From the NCBI GenBank assembly GCA_046760505.1, contig JBHIEG010000006.1:9212-73211 (forward strand): a DNA stretch of 64,000 nucleotides. The letters are read 5' to 3'. Shown piece by piece: positions 36,612 through 45,533 of this stretch. The notes under the pieces were generated by a model. The model was not told where the DNA came from, ran no database searches, and saw nothing but the letters and a program-made list of their open reading frames with translations. This DNA comes from Candidatus Hydrothermarchaeota archaeon. Its GTDB lineage: Archaea; CAYFZR01. A program made the translations under genes and the position numbers. How positions within the stretch are numbered: position 1 is the stretch's first letter; each line of letters opens with the position of its first letter.

Positions 36612-37733
36612 CTATCTTTTTCCCCTCCTTACGTGTAGAAATGTGAGTATAAATGCAATCAAGAATATAAATGAAATACTGATCAGCATCAGATAAAACT
36701 TCTTTTTTTCCCTCTCTCTTTCTTTTTCCTCTTGAATTCTCTTCTCCTCTACTTCAGATATTTTTTCCTCGAGTTTTTTCTGTTCTTCTTTAAATTTTTG
36801 GATTTCTTCTTTGGTTACTTTCTGCAGGTAAAGCAATGCTGATGTTTTTAGTTTCGTAGCATTTTTCTCTATTTTATTTGCAATTGATTTGGCTTTAAGC
36901 GAATAATTTAAGGCTAAGTCGTATTTTTTAGATTCCTTTAATTCCTCTGCCTTCATTATGAGCTCTTCCGTGGTCCAGTAACTTTCGTTTAATTCTTCAA
37001 GTGTTTTATAGTAAGTGCTAGAGTTGGTTAGGTTTCTATGAATGGTTGAAATTACAGATCGAGCCTCTTCAAGGCTGATTCTTGCCTCTTCTAGGCTATC
37101 TTTAGCCTCTTTAATTCTTTTGTTGGAGAGTTCAAGAAACTTGCCATATTCTATGTAGAATTCAAGTTTATCTAAGGGGGTAACCTTTTCATCATAAAAG
37201 TAAAGCGATAGCCTACTGTCCTTTATTTCCACCATATCGGGCTCTGGTTTGACCCTACCAATTTGCATATTTTCAGGGATCGTTACCTTGTAAGAAACTC
37301 TGAGTATGTATAAAGGGGAGAATATACTGTCCCTTATGATATAACCCCTTTCTGTCTTGGCTATAAAATCAGATCTTTTATAGTCGATTTCTATGGTCTT
37401 AAATTTTTTTGGCGGAATTGAGGTAATTCTAACGGAGATGCAATTGCCTGTTTCATCCTTGGTGAACGTAACATTGAGTGGAGAGTATCTGCCTGTTAAA
37501 TTGTGCACGTATGCCGATGCATTGTACATGGAACCCATACAGTAGATGAAAGGCGGCGCTAGATGTGTGTAGTTACCGTAAGAATAATTTCCAGTGTTGA
37601 TATAATTCCAGAATTGATTCACATTGGCCTCATCAGGTTCTGCTATATCGATTACATAAACGAAGTTATCTACTATCAATTGAGCGGTTGATACCGATAT
37701 AGCGAACAACAATGCCAAGAACTTAAACCTCAT
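36612..37733 (-). CDS. Surface protein: signal peptide, sequon-rich domain, long coiled coil, C-terminal TM anchor
   Basis: MRFKFLALLFAISVSTAQ, about ten N-x-S/T sequons, Glu/Lys coiled coil, C-terminus FYLMLISISFIFLIAFILTFLHVRRGKR. Confidence 0.5.
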   Translation of the reverse strand: MRFKFLALLFAISVSTAQLIVDNFVYVIDIAEPDEANVNQFWNYINTGNYSYGNYTHLAPPFIYCMGSMYNASAYVHNLTGRYSPLNVTFTKDETGNCISVRITSIPPKKFKTIEIDYKRSDFIAKTERGYIIRDSIFSPLYILRVSYKVTIPENMQIGRVKPEPDMVEIKDSRLSLYFYDEKVTPLDKLEFYIEYGKFLELSNKRIKEAKDSLEEARISLEEARSVISTIHRNLTNSSTYYKTLEELNESYWTTEELIMKAEELKESKKYDLALNYSLKAKSIANKIEKNATKLKTSALLYLQKVTKEEIQKFKEEQKKLEEKISEVEEKRIQEEKEREREKKKFYLMLISISFIFLIAFILTFLHVRRGKR

Positions 37734-37837
37734 AAAACCATCTTCTTTTTCTCATACAACATATTTTTTATCCTAGTGCAAAAGATTTTTATATCCTTTT
37801 GCCAATCGCACTCTTCAGAGATTGAGGGGGAATAAAA

Positions 37838-39469
37838 ATGCAAACAACTGAGGGACAACCTATCTTGATATTACCAGAGGGTTCTGAAAGGTATATGGGA
37901 AGAGAAGCTCAAAGGATGAATATTCTTGCAGCCAGAATTATAGCAGAGGCAATAAGAACTACGTTGGGTCCAAAAGGTATGGACAAAATGTTGGTAGACT
38001 CTACGGGAGACATAACGATAACAAACGATGGAGCCACGATTTTAAAAGAAATAGATGTAGAACATCCAGTTGCGAAGATGATAATCGAAGTTGCCGAGAC
38101 CATGGATAATGAAGTCGGGGACGGTACAACAAGCGCGGTGATACTCACTGGGGAGTTACTTAAAAAAACCGAAGAATTGTTAAACCTTGGCATTCATCCC
38201 GCAACCATTGCAAAGGGATTCAGAATGGCATCTGAAAAAGCAAGTGAAATACTCGATGAAGTATCAAAAACTATATCGATAGAAGACGTTGATGTACTCA
38301 GAAACATCGTCATGACATCAATGAGTGGCAGATTGGCAGATGAAATAAAGGAAGACCTTTCAAAAATAATTATTGATGCTATAAAGACGATTTCAGAAGA
38401 AAAAGATGGGAAATACAAGGTAGATTTGGATAATATCAAGATTCAAAAATTTGAGAGCAGTAGTATATCTGAAACCAAACTCGTAGATGGTATCGTACTT
38501 GATAAAAAGAAAGCCCATCCCATGATGCCGAAATTGGTTAGGGATGCTAAAATTGCCCTTATAAGGTCTAGAATGAAGGTTAGAGAAACCGAAATGAAGG
38601 CCAAGTTTAGAATAACTGATCCAAAAGAGCTTAAAAGATTCTCGGATGAAGAACGCAACATTTTGATGAGCATGTTAAGTAAGATAAAGGAATCTGGAGC
38701 AAACGTCGTCTTATGCAAAAGAGACATAGATGAAAACTTCCAAGACCTTCTCGCGAGAGAGGGCATTTTTGCTGTAGAGAGAGTTCCAACTTCAGATATA
38801 AAGAGACTTATCCTTGCTACGGGTGCAGAACTTGTTACAAATTTGGAAGATTTATCTAAAGATAATTTAGGACATGCAGACCTAGTTAGAGAAGAAAAAA
38901 TTGGAGAAAAAGAAATTGTATTCATAGAAGGGTGCAGAAATCCAAAGGCGCTAACAATACTGGTAAGGGGCAGCACGGGACATATCGTAGACGAAATAGA
39001 GAGAGATGTGAGCAATGGACTGCACGGAGTAAAGGTTTCCATCGAAGACGGAGGCGTTGTTCCAGGTGGGGGCTCTATAGAAGTTGCAATCTCAAGTCAA
39101 CTCAGAAATTTTGCCAAGAAGATAGGAGGTAGGGAGCAGTTAGCCATCAATTCATTCGCCGAGGCACTTGAAATTATACCCAAAACCTTAGCCGAGAACG
39201 CGGGACTGGATTCTGTGGATGTACTTCTAAGGTTGAAAGCAACCCAGGAGAAGGGGAAAATTAACTACGGGATCGACGTGTTCACAGGCGAAATAAAGGA
39301 CATGTTCGATGAAAATGTACTAGAGCCAAAAAGGGTTAAGTTGCAGGCAATTAAAACCGCAACCGATACCTCAATCATGATATTGAGGATAGATGACGTA
39401 ATAGCCATAGCCCCCATAGAGATAGAAGATACAGGATATCCTGGGCCTATGCCTGAAATGGAGTTGTAG
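37838..39469 (+). CDS. ths: Thermosome subunit (group II chaperonin)
   Basis: [29 protein letters not shown] and VPGGGS motifs. GGGGGA plus 6 nt before the ATG. TAG stop. Confidence 0.95.
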   Translation: MQTTEGQPILILPEGSERYMGREAQRMNILAARIIAEAIRTTLGPKGMDKMLVDSTGDITITNDGATILKEIDVEHPVAKMIIEVAETMDNEVGDGTTSAVILTGELLKKTEELLNLGIHPATIAKGFRMASEKASEILDEVSKTISIEDVDVLRNIVMTSMSGRLADEIKEDLSKIIIDAIKTISEEKDGKYKVDLDNIKIQKFESSSISETKLVDGIVLDKKKAHPMMPKLVRDAKIALIRSRMKVRETEMKAKFRITDPKELKRFSDEERNILMSMLSKIKESGANVVLCKRDIDENFQDLLAREGIFAVERVPTSDIKRLILATGAELVTNLEDLSKDNLGHADLVREEKIGEKEIVFIEGCRNPKALTILVRGSTGHIVDEIERDVSNGLHGVKVSIEDGGVVPGGGSIEVAISSQLRNFAKKIGGREQLAINSFAEALEIIPKTLAENAGLDSVDVLLRLKATQEKGKINYGIDVFTGEIKDMFDENVLEPKRVKLQAIKTATDTSIMILRIDDVIAIAPIEIEDTGYPGPMPEMEL

Positions 39470-39480
39470 GGGGAAGTTAC

Positions 39481-39711
39481 ACGTTCCCTGCAAATAGATT
39501 AACTCGTTTTGAACGTGCGAGAATAATCGGAGCCAGAGCATTACAAATTTCAATGGGAGCACCGGTACTGATCGATATACCAGAAAATCTAGTAGATCCA
39601 CTTGAAATAGCAAAGCTTGAGTTCAAAAAGGGCGCCGTACCTCTAACCGTTAGGAGAAAGTTACCAGGAGGAGAGTACGTATTAGTAAAGATGACAGATC
39701 TGGCATTGTAA
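39481..39711 (+). CDS. rpoK: RNA polymerase subunit Rpo6/RpoK (absent from ORF track; no canonical start, proposed ACG start)
   Basis: In-frame translation ...[33 protein letters not shown]...[16 protein letters not shown]. The frame is closed by TGA at 39454-39456 and has no ATG/GTG/TTG before the conserved RFERAR motif. GGGGGA plus 6 nt precedes ACG 39481. Confidence 0.75.
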   Translation, partial: TFPANRLTRFERARIIGARALQISMGAPVLIDIPENLVDPLEIAKLEFKKGAVPLTVRRKLPGGEYVLVKMTDLAL

Positions 39712-39719
39712 AAAAAGAC

Positions 39720-39974
39720 TTGAGTAAGGAAGAATCAAAACCATACATCGTAGAAACTTTTTCTTTGGAGGAAAGCGGTATATGCGACGAGTGCGGTCAT
39801 AAGGGAGTGGTCCTTTTTTGTACTCCTTGTGACAGATATTTATGTGAGGTCTGCTACCACAACCATTCTGTGAGCGATGAAGAAATGCACTGGAAATGGA
39901 AGAACAATACTATATGCTGGTCATCTAATGATGAACCTATTGAAAAGTTAAAAGAGGAAGAGAAAGAGGAATAA
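39720..39974 (+). CDS. Small zinc-finger protein with B-box-like Cys/His spacing and acidic tail
   Basis: CDEC-x8-CTPC-x4-CEVC-x3-H-x7-H. TTG start 8 nt after the rpoK stop with no SD. Ends 1 nt from the tfb stop. Confidence 0.45.
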   Translation: MSKEESKPYIVETFSLEESGICDECGHKGVVLFCTPCDRYLCEVCYHNHSVSDEEMHWKWKNNTICWSSNDEPIEKLKEEEKEE

Positions 39975-39975
39975 C

Positions 39976-40878
39976 TTAGACCGCCACTTCTAAATCCAAT
40001 TTTTCAACGAGTTCCTTGTATCTGTTTCTTACAGTTACCTCTGATGTTCCAGCTACACCAGCAACTTCTTTCTGAGCTCTTCTCTCGCCTTGTAGAACGC
40101 TGGCAATGTATATTGCGGCTGCTGCAATTCCAGTTGGGTCTCTACCCGCAATCATTTCTTTTTCTATTGCCAGTTTTATTATGTCAATTGCCTTTGATTG
40201 AACTTCTCCAGAAAGACCTAATTCGCTGGAAAATCTGGCTACATATTCAATAGGACTTGTTGGCATGAGTTTTAATCCCAATTTCCTACCCAGTAGCCTA
40301 TAGATCTTACCGAGTCTCTTCTTATCTATTCTGGCTGCCTCAGCAATTTCACCCATGCTTCTCGGTACCTTATGCTGTCTGCATGCAGCGCAGAGAGCTG
40401 CTGCTACCACACTCTCTATGGATCTTCCTCTAATTAAATCACTTTTTACCGCTTTTCTGTAGGTTAGAGCAGCGGTTTCCTTTACATGTCTTGGAAGATT
40501 CAATTGCGATGAGATGGATTCCAGTTCTGAGAGGGCGAAAGCAAGATTTCTCTCCGTTGCATCGGATAATCTAACCCTCTGCTGCCACTTCCTCAACCTG
40601 TATAGTTTGGCTCTCTGACCTGGCGCGAGCTCGTTACCTCTTCCATCCTTTGTACTGAGGTCTATTGTAGTAGAGAGGCCTTTATCGTGCATCACATAGG
40701 TCATGGGGGCTCCTACTCTACTCTTAACAACCCATTGATGATGGTCGTGAGCCCTCCATTCTGGACCCGTATCAATCATATCGTGTTCAAGAACAAGCCC
40801 GCAGGATTTACAGATTAGTTCCCCTCTTTTCTCGTCCTTCGCTACCTTAGGACTCCCACACTCCGGGCATTTTTCCGT
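39976..40878 (-). CDS. tfb: Transcription initiation factor TFB (start unresolved: proposed ACG 40878, alternative ATG 40893 with in-frame TAG)
   Basis: Zn ribbon KCPECGS...[10 protein letters not shown]-reader, two cyclin repeats. The track ORF starts at Met 40779, after the ribbon. The ribbon is in frame and intact upstream. Confidence 0.9.
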   Translation of the reverse strand, partial: TEKCPECGSPKVAKDEKRGELICKSCGLVLEHDMIDTGPEWRAHDHHQWVVKSRVGAPMTYVMHDKGLSTTIDLSTKDGRGNELAPGQRAKLYRLRKWQQRVRLSDATERNLAFALSELESISSQLNLPRHVKETAALTYRKAVKSDLIRGRSIESVVAAALCAACRQHKVPRSMGEIAEAARIDKKRLGKIYRLLGRKLGLKLMPTSPIEYVARFSSELGLSGEVQSKAIDIIKLAIEKEMIAGRDPTGIAAAAIYIASVLQGERRAQKEVAGVAGTSEVTVRNRYKELVEKLDLEVAV

Positions 40879-40918
40879 TTTCTACACCTCCATCTTATTA
40901 TTAATGTGTTTGTACTTC

Positions 40919-40926
40919 TTTATAAA
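40919..40926 (-). promoter_or_regulatory. TATA box TTTATAAA of tfb
   Basis: 25 nt separate it from ATG 40893. A purine-rich BRE-like sequence lies upstream. Confidence 0.55.
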
Positions 40927-41084
40927 ACTTATGTTTCTCCTATACCCCAACGTGATTGTAATATATAAGTCTTTCGGTATAGATATAGATAGATAACCTG
41001 CAGAGAATTTTTGTATAACAAATTTTGCATGATGAATGAAATATAGGGGAATAAAAAACAAATGAAACAAGATTGATTTGATAA

Positions 41085-41115
41085 TTTTATATAACTTTTA
41101 TATAACTTTATATGG
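41085..41115 (+). repeat. 2.8 tandem copies of the 11-nt unit TTTTATATAAC (stacked TATA boxes) upstream of polB
   Basis: 41085-41095 and 41096-41106 are identical. 41107-41115 is a partial copy. Confidence 0.6.
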
Positions 41116-41124
41116 ATGATCTGA

Positions 41125-43572
41125 ATGGATGAAACGATTACTGAAAAATTTTATCCACTCGATGTGGATTATTTCACAGAAAATGGAAAACCAGTGATTC
41201 GAATATACGGAAAAACTCTAGAAGGAAAAAGGATAGTTGTTTTGGATAAACAATTCGAGCCCTACTTTTACGTTATTCCAGAGGAAGATTCGGATACTGA
41301 TGAATTAATCAACAGGATTATGGAAGTTAAGGTAGAAAATGCAGAGATTGTAAGGTGTAGCCCAAGGATAATGAAGGAACTAGGCAAAGACGTTCGAGTT
41401 ATAAAAGTCCTTGTGAGCCATCCTCAAGATGTGCCTAGGTTGAGAGAAATCGTCTCTGATGTAGAAGGAGTAAAGGAAGTGAGAGAACACGATATACCAT
41501 TTCATAGAAGATATTTAATAGATTCAGGCATCAAACCCATAGAAAAAACTGAAATAAGAGGCACGAAGCTGAAAAAAGATTATAGAGCAGATGTTATTTT
41601 GGAAAAGGTGGTAAATGAAATAGGTAAAGATAGATTAAATAAAAATAACGATGGGGATTTTCTATCTCATTTACACCTTTTAAGTTTTGATATTGAAGTT
41701 TACAATCCTTTTCTCTCTCCCCGTAGCAAAAAAGATCCCATTATAATGATTAGTCTAGCAGACAATCTTGGCTACTCTTCCGTCCTGACTTACAAAGACG
41801 AAACAAGAAACGAATACGTTGAAGTTCTATCCAATGAAAAAGAGATAATAAAACGTTTCGTAGAAATCATAAACGAAAGAAATCCCGATATTCTGGTAGG
41901 ATACAACACAGATTTGTTTGATTTCGGCTATTTAAGAGACAGGGCTGAAAAATACAAGGCAAAACTTGATTTGGGGATAGATGGAAGTGATTTAAAGTTT
42001 GAGAGAGGGGGTTATGGTTCCAAGGCAAAAATAAGGGGAAGACCGCACATAGATCTGTATCCTGTTATAAGAAGATCGTTTAGGCTTAGTAAATACACCC
42101 TAGAAGATGTTGCTGAAGAACTGCTTGGTAGAGAGAAAACAAAAATCTCAGTAAAGGAAATATTCAGATGCTGGGATGAGGGCGGAGAGAAACTCAAAGA
42201 ACTGATTCAGTACTCTTTAGAAGATGCCCTAGTTACGCTTGAAATAGGAGAAAACATCATTCCATTGCAGCTCGAGTTGTGTAAGATAGTTGGTCAAACA
42301 CCCTTTGATATTGCAAGAATGACTTCGGGTCAGTTGGTTGAATGGCTACTCATAAAAAAAGCTCACGAATACAATGAAGTCGTACCAAACAGACCTAGAG
42401 GCAGAGATTTAATCGAGAGAGAGGCTGAGAGCATAGTAGGAGGTTACGTAAGGCAACCAGAGAAAGGTTTGCACGAAGATATCGTTCTCTTTGATTTTAG
42501 AGCACTTTATCCAAGCATAATCGTTACCCACAACATAGATCCATCAACCCTTAATTGCGAGTGCTGTGAAAATGAAAATGTCGCTCCAAAATTAGGCTAT
42601 AGATTCTGTTTAAAAGAAAAAGGCTTCATACCAAGGATACTTGAAGACCTCATAAAGAAGAGAGTGGAAATAAAGAATTCCATCAAAAAAGAGGAAGATC
42701 CTACCAAAAGAAGAATCCTAGATATACAGCAACAGGCACTAAAAATACTGGCAAACTCTTTTTACGGCTATATGGGCTACCCTAGGGCGAGATGGTACTG
42801 TAAGGAAGCTGCAGAGAGCGTTACTGCATGGGGGAGGTATTACATTCAGGAGACCATAAAGACGGCTGAAAAATTCGGGTTGAAGGTTGTTTATGGAGAT
42901 ACTGACTCTCTGTTCTGCAAAGCTAATGGTATGAGTTCTGAAAAAATAAATGACTTTGTAAGGCAAATCAATTCTAATCTTCCTGGAATTATAGAACTTG
43001 AATACGAAGGAAGATATAGAAGGGGGATTTTTGTAACGAAAAAGAGATATGCAATGGTAGATGACCAAGGAAAGATGATTGTTCGTGGCCTAGAACTCGT
43101 AAGAAGGGATTGGGCAGAGATTGCAAAAGAGACACAGAAAAAGGTTCTTGGAGCAATTCTAAGAGAAGGATCACCAGAAAAGGCTGCTGAGATTATAAGA
43201 AACGAAATAAAGAGAATAAAAGAAAAAAATGTGGACGTTGAAGATCTGATAATATATACTCAGTTAACAAAAGATATTTCAGAGTACAAAACTGATGCAC
43301 CGCACGTGACTATCGCGAAGAGAGCCAGGAAAATGGGAATGGATATCTCACGAGGCTCCATAATAGGTTATGTCGTAGCAAGAGGAGACGGAAAAATAGG
43401 CGATAGAGCTCTTTTAGTAGATGAAATCGAAAAATTCGATTACGACCCAGATTACTACATTGATAATCAGCTTCTTCCAGCCGTCCTGAGGATAATGGAG
43501 GCAGTGGGATACACCGAGAAAGACTTGAAGACGGATAAGGTACAATTCAGCCTAGATATGTTTAGTGATTGA
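41125..43572 (+). CDS. polB: Family B DNA polymerase
   Basis: Exo motifs (FDIEV, YNTDLFDFGYL), polymerase motifs (DFRALYPSII, KILANSFYGY, YGDTDS). 815 aa with no intein. Confidence 0.95.
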   Translation: MDETITEKFYPLDVDYFTENGKPVIRIYGKTLEGKRIVVLDKQFEPYFYVIPEEDSDTDELINRIMEVKVENAEIVRCSPRIMKELGKDVRVIKVLVSHPQDVPRLREIVSDVEGVKEVREHDIPFHRRYLIDSGIKPIEKTEIRGTKLKKDYRADVILEKVVNEIGKDRLNKNNDGDFLSHLHLLSFDIEVYNPFLSPRSKKDPIIMISLADNLGYSSVLTYKDETRNEYVEVLSNEKEIIKRFVEIINERNPDILVGYNTDLFDFGYLRDRAEKYKAKLDLGIDGSDLKFERGGYGSKAKIRGRPHIDLYPVIRRSFRLSKYTLEDVAEELLGREKTKISVKEIFRCWDEGGEKLKELIQYSLEDALVTLEIGENIIPLQLELCKIVGQTPFDIARMTSGQLVEWLLIKKAHEYNEVVPNRPRGRDLIEREAESIVGGYVRQPEKGLHEDIVLFDFRALYPSIIVTHNIDPSTLNCECCENENVAPKLGYRFCLKEKGFIPRILEDLIKKRVEIKNSIKKEEDPTKRRILDIQQQALKILANSFYGYMGYPRARWYCKEAAESVTAWGRYYIQETIKTAEKFGLKVVYGDTDSLFCKANGMSSEKINDFVRQINSNLPGIIELEYEGRYRRGIFVTKKRYAMVDDQGKMIVRGLELVRRDWAEIAKETQKKVLGAILREGSPEKAAEIIRNEIKRIKEKNVDVEDLIIYTQLTKDISEYKTDAPHVTIAKRARKMGMDISRGSIIGYVVARGDGKIGDRALLVDEIEKFDYDPDYYIDNQLLPAVLRIMEAVGYTEKDLKTDKVQFSLDMFSD

Positions 43573-44266
43573 AATGATAAAATGCGTTTTTTTCGATGTA
43601 GATGATACTTTATTCGATAGTACTGGACTCACTGAAAAGGCTAGAAGAGCAGCAATAGAAGCCATGATCGAAGCCGGACTTCCTCTCAGCCTCGAAGAGG
43701 GATACGAGTTACTCATGGAGATCGTTAAGAAATATGGCAGCAACTATGGAAAGCACTTTGATGCCCTATTAGATGATTTAAAGATCGGTTGGAATCCAAA
43801 GATCATAGCAGCAGGAGTTTATGCGTATCATAGAATCAAATTCGCCTACCTGAAGCCTTTTCCCGATGTTATTCCGACGCTCATAGAATTGAAGAAGAGG
43901 GACCTAAAACTTGGTATAATCTCTGACGGCAATCCTGTGAAGCAATGGGATAAAATAATCCGTCTCGGCCTTCAAAATTTCTTTGATGTAGTAATAACAT
44001 CTGAGGAGGCTGGAGCAGAGAAGCCTGATTTAAAAATTTATGAAGTAGCATTGGAAAAATCTAAATGTGAGCCAAAAAACAGTGTTATGGTAGGCGATAG
44101 GATAAGGAAGGATATACTTGGAGCCAAAAGAACAGGTATGCTTACCGTTAGATTTTTACACGGAAAATACAAGGATGAAAAGCCTTTTTCAGAAGAAGAG
44201 AGGCCTGATTTTCAAATAAAAAGTTTTAGGGATCTTATTGATATAATAGATAAATTAAACCGATAA
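43565..44266 (+). CDS. HAD-superfamily hydrolase (subfamily IA)
   Basis: FFDVDDTLFDS, ISDGN and VMVGDRIRKDILGA motifs. The start may be ATG 43574 rather than GTG 43565. Confidence 0.8.
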   Translation: MIEMIKCVFFDVDDTLFDSTGLTEKARRAAIEAMIEAGLPLSLEEGYELLMEIVKKYGSNYGKHFDALLDDLKIGWNPKIIAAGVYAYHRIKFAYLKPFPDVIPTLIELKKRDLKLGIISDGNPVKQWDKIIRLGLQNFFDVVITSEEAGAEKPDLKIYEVALEKSKCEPKNSVMVGDRIRKDILGAKRTGMLTVRFLHGKYKDEKPFSEEERPDFQIKSFRDLIDIIDKLNR

Positions 44267-44368
44267 AAACAAATACGCAAATTTTCCAACAATTTTGTTT
44301 AAGAAATATTTATCTTTTCTTTCGGCCAGATCCTTTTTCATAACTAAAAAAATTGCGGCTGGATTCGT

Positions 44369-44758
44369 ATGCCCGTTAAAAAAGTAAAAGATATTATGTC
44401 GAGAGATATTGTTTTTGTCTCATCGAACGCGGATATAAAGGAGATAATCAGAACCATGATAGAAAAAAATATACACAGCGTCGTAGTAAGAGAAGGATTA
44501 TACTTCAAGGGATTCGTAACCGATGATGACGTCTTTGATGCACTGAGAACTCTTATATTAGATGGCTTTTTGCCCAAAAGAACTGCAGATTCTTTGATAT
44601 CATCTCCCACAATAAAAATAGACCAAGAGAACACTGTTGAGGAAGCCATACTTACTATGGCGAGAAACAACGTCAAATATCTTCTAGTGGAAAAAGAAGG
44701 AAATGTAGTAGGATTGGTCTCAGTCACAGATCTCCTAAAAATGTACATAGAAGAATAA
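44369..44758 (+). CDS. CBS-domain pair protein
   Basis: Two CBS repeats (VKDIMSRDIVFV...HSVVV; SPTIKIDQENTVEEA...LLVEKEGNVVGLVSVTDLL). Confidence 0.8.
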   Translation: MPVKKVKDIMSRDIVFVSSNADIKEIIRTMIEKNIHSVVVREGLYFKGFVTDDDVFDALRTLILDGFLPKRTADSLISSPTIKIDQENTVEEAILTMARNNVKYLLVEKEGNVVGLVSVTDLLKMYIEE

Positions 44759-45478
44759 TTACCCTTCAATTAGCCTCAATATGTTTCCTGAAAGAATTTT
44801 TTCAAACTCTTTTCTTTTTAAATCGAGATCTAATATTTTCTTTAATTCATATTCCTGAGATCCGTATGGAAAATCCGATCCGAATAAAATTCTATCTACT
44901 CCAACGAGTTTTATAGCATAGTTTATTATTCCCCTACTTGCCAAGGAAGTATCAAAGTAGACGTTCTTCTTTCTTTTAAAAGCCTCTAATACTCTGATAT
45001 GGCCTCCATTCAACATCCCTATGTGAGGAATTATTACGTTTAAATCGGCATTTTCCTCTATAAAGGATACGGTATTCTCATATTCCTCCTCTAAGTTAAC
45101 AGGAAGACCTAATTCTTTTATTTTTTCAAGCATCTTTTTACAAGATTTGCTTTCGTAGTCGTATTCTGGCTCGTTTAGGTGTCTGTGCCACTTTATTCCC
45201 TTGTAGTCTTCTAGATTGGGCGGAATTATGTAGTCTCTCCAGACGAAATAAAAAGGATATATATGCCTTTTAATTCTAGATTTCTCAAGTACGTATCTGT
45301 TGGATTCTATTCTTGACTTAGGAGTATCCAAGATTCTATACTGGTCTTCAGGAAAAGGAAATATGACAGCACCATCTATGTTTAACCTGTCTAAGTTTTC
45401 TATAATCCTCTCTATTGGATAATGAATTGTCTTACTACCACAGTGAACATGCGCATCTATTATGAGGGGATTGGACAT
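44759..45478 (-). CDS. TIM-barrel metal-dependent amidohydrolase family protein
   Basis: IIDAHVHCG, PHIGML and FGSDFPYG motifs. Leaderless geometry (TATA 25 nt upstream of the ATG). Confidence 0.7.
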   Translation of the reverse strand: MSNPLIIDAHVHCGSKTIHYPIERIIENLDRLNIDGAVIFPFPEDQYRILDTPKSRIESNRYVLEKSRIKRHIYPFYFVWRDYIIPPNLEDYKGIKWHRHLNEPEYDYESKSCKKMLEKIKELGLPVNLEEEYENTVSFIEENADLNVIIPHIGMLNGGHIRVLEAFKRKKNVYFDTSLASRGIINYAIKLVGVDRILFGSDFPYGSQEYELKKILDLDLKRKEFEKILSGNILRLIEG

Positions 45479-45533
45479 TGCCCTACATTTAACCTGAGTA
45501 TATTTTTATATTCTTTTTAAAAAGATAACCTTG

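Noticed and set aside
37770-37800. Phr-type heat-shock operator upstream of the thermosome gene
   Set aside because: TTTTTTATCCTAGTGCAAAAGAT matches TTTN2TN2CN5GN2A but lacks the terminal AAA half-site. It also lies upstream of the TATA box rather than over the TSS, so the match is too weak.
38443-39042. 199-aa minus-strand ORF (plus 37909-38193 and 38194-38439) inside the thermosome gene
   Set aside because: It is antisense to a highly conserved chaperonin, its composition is Ser/Leu/Phe-rich and low in complexity, and it has no start context.
39371-39613. 80-aa minus-strand ORF downstream of the thermosome gene
   Set aside because: It is antisense to the clearly recognisable rpoK reading frame.
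40882-40884. Global reassignment of TAG (for example pyrrolysine or a sense codon) as the explanation for the in-frame TAG in tfb
   Set aside because: TAG ends thermosome, tfs, purP, the ParA-like gene and others at exactly the expected C-termini. No pyl genes are seen in the window. A site-specific event cannot be excluded and is kept as the alternative in the tfb finding.
40882-41070. 62-aa minus-strand ORF in the tfb/polB intergenic region, in frame with tfb
   Set aside because: It covers the TATA box and promoter DNA, it is extremely AT-rich and hydrophobic, and it exists only because AT-rich spacer happens to lack stops. Only its last three codons (ATG GAG GTG) matter, for the tfb start question.
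41029-41125. C/D-box sRNA (ATGATGA at about 41029 and CTGA at about 41121)
   Set aside because: The boxes are about 90 nt apart with no internal C'/D' pair and no terminal stem, whereas archaeal C/D sRNAs are about 50-70 nt. The region is better explained as promoter DNA.
44344-44769. 141-aa minus-strand ORF covering the whole CBS gene
   Set aside because: The plus-strand frame gives two clean CBS repeats. The minus-strand product has no motif and is Ser/Thr/Phe-rich, so it is a mirror ORF.
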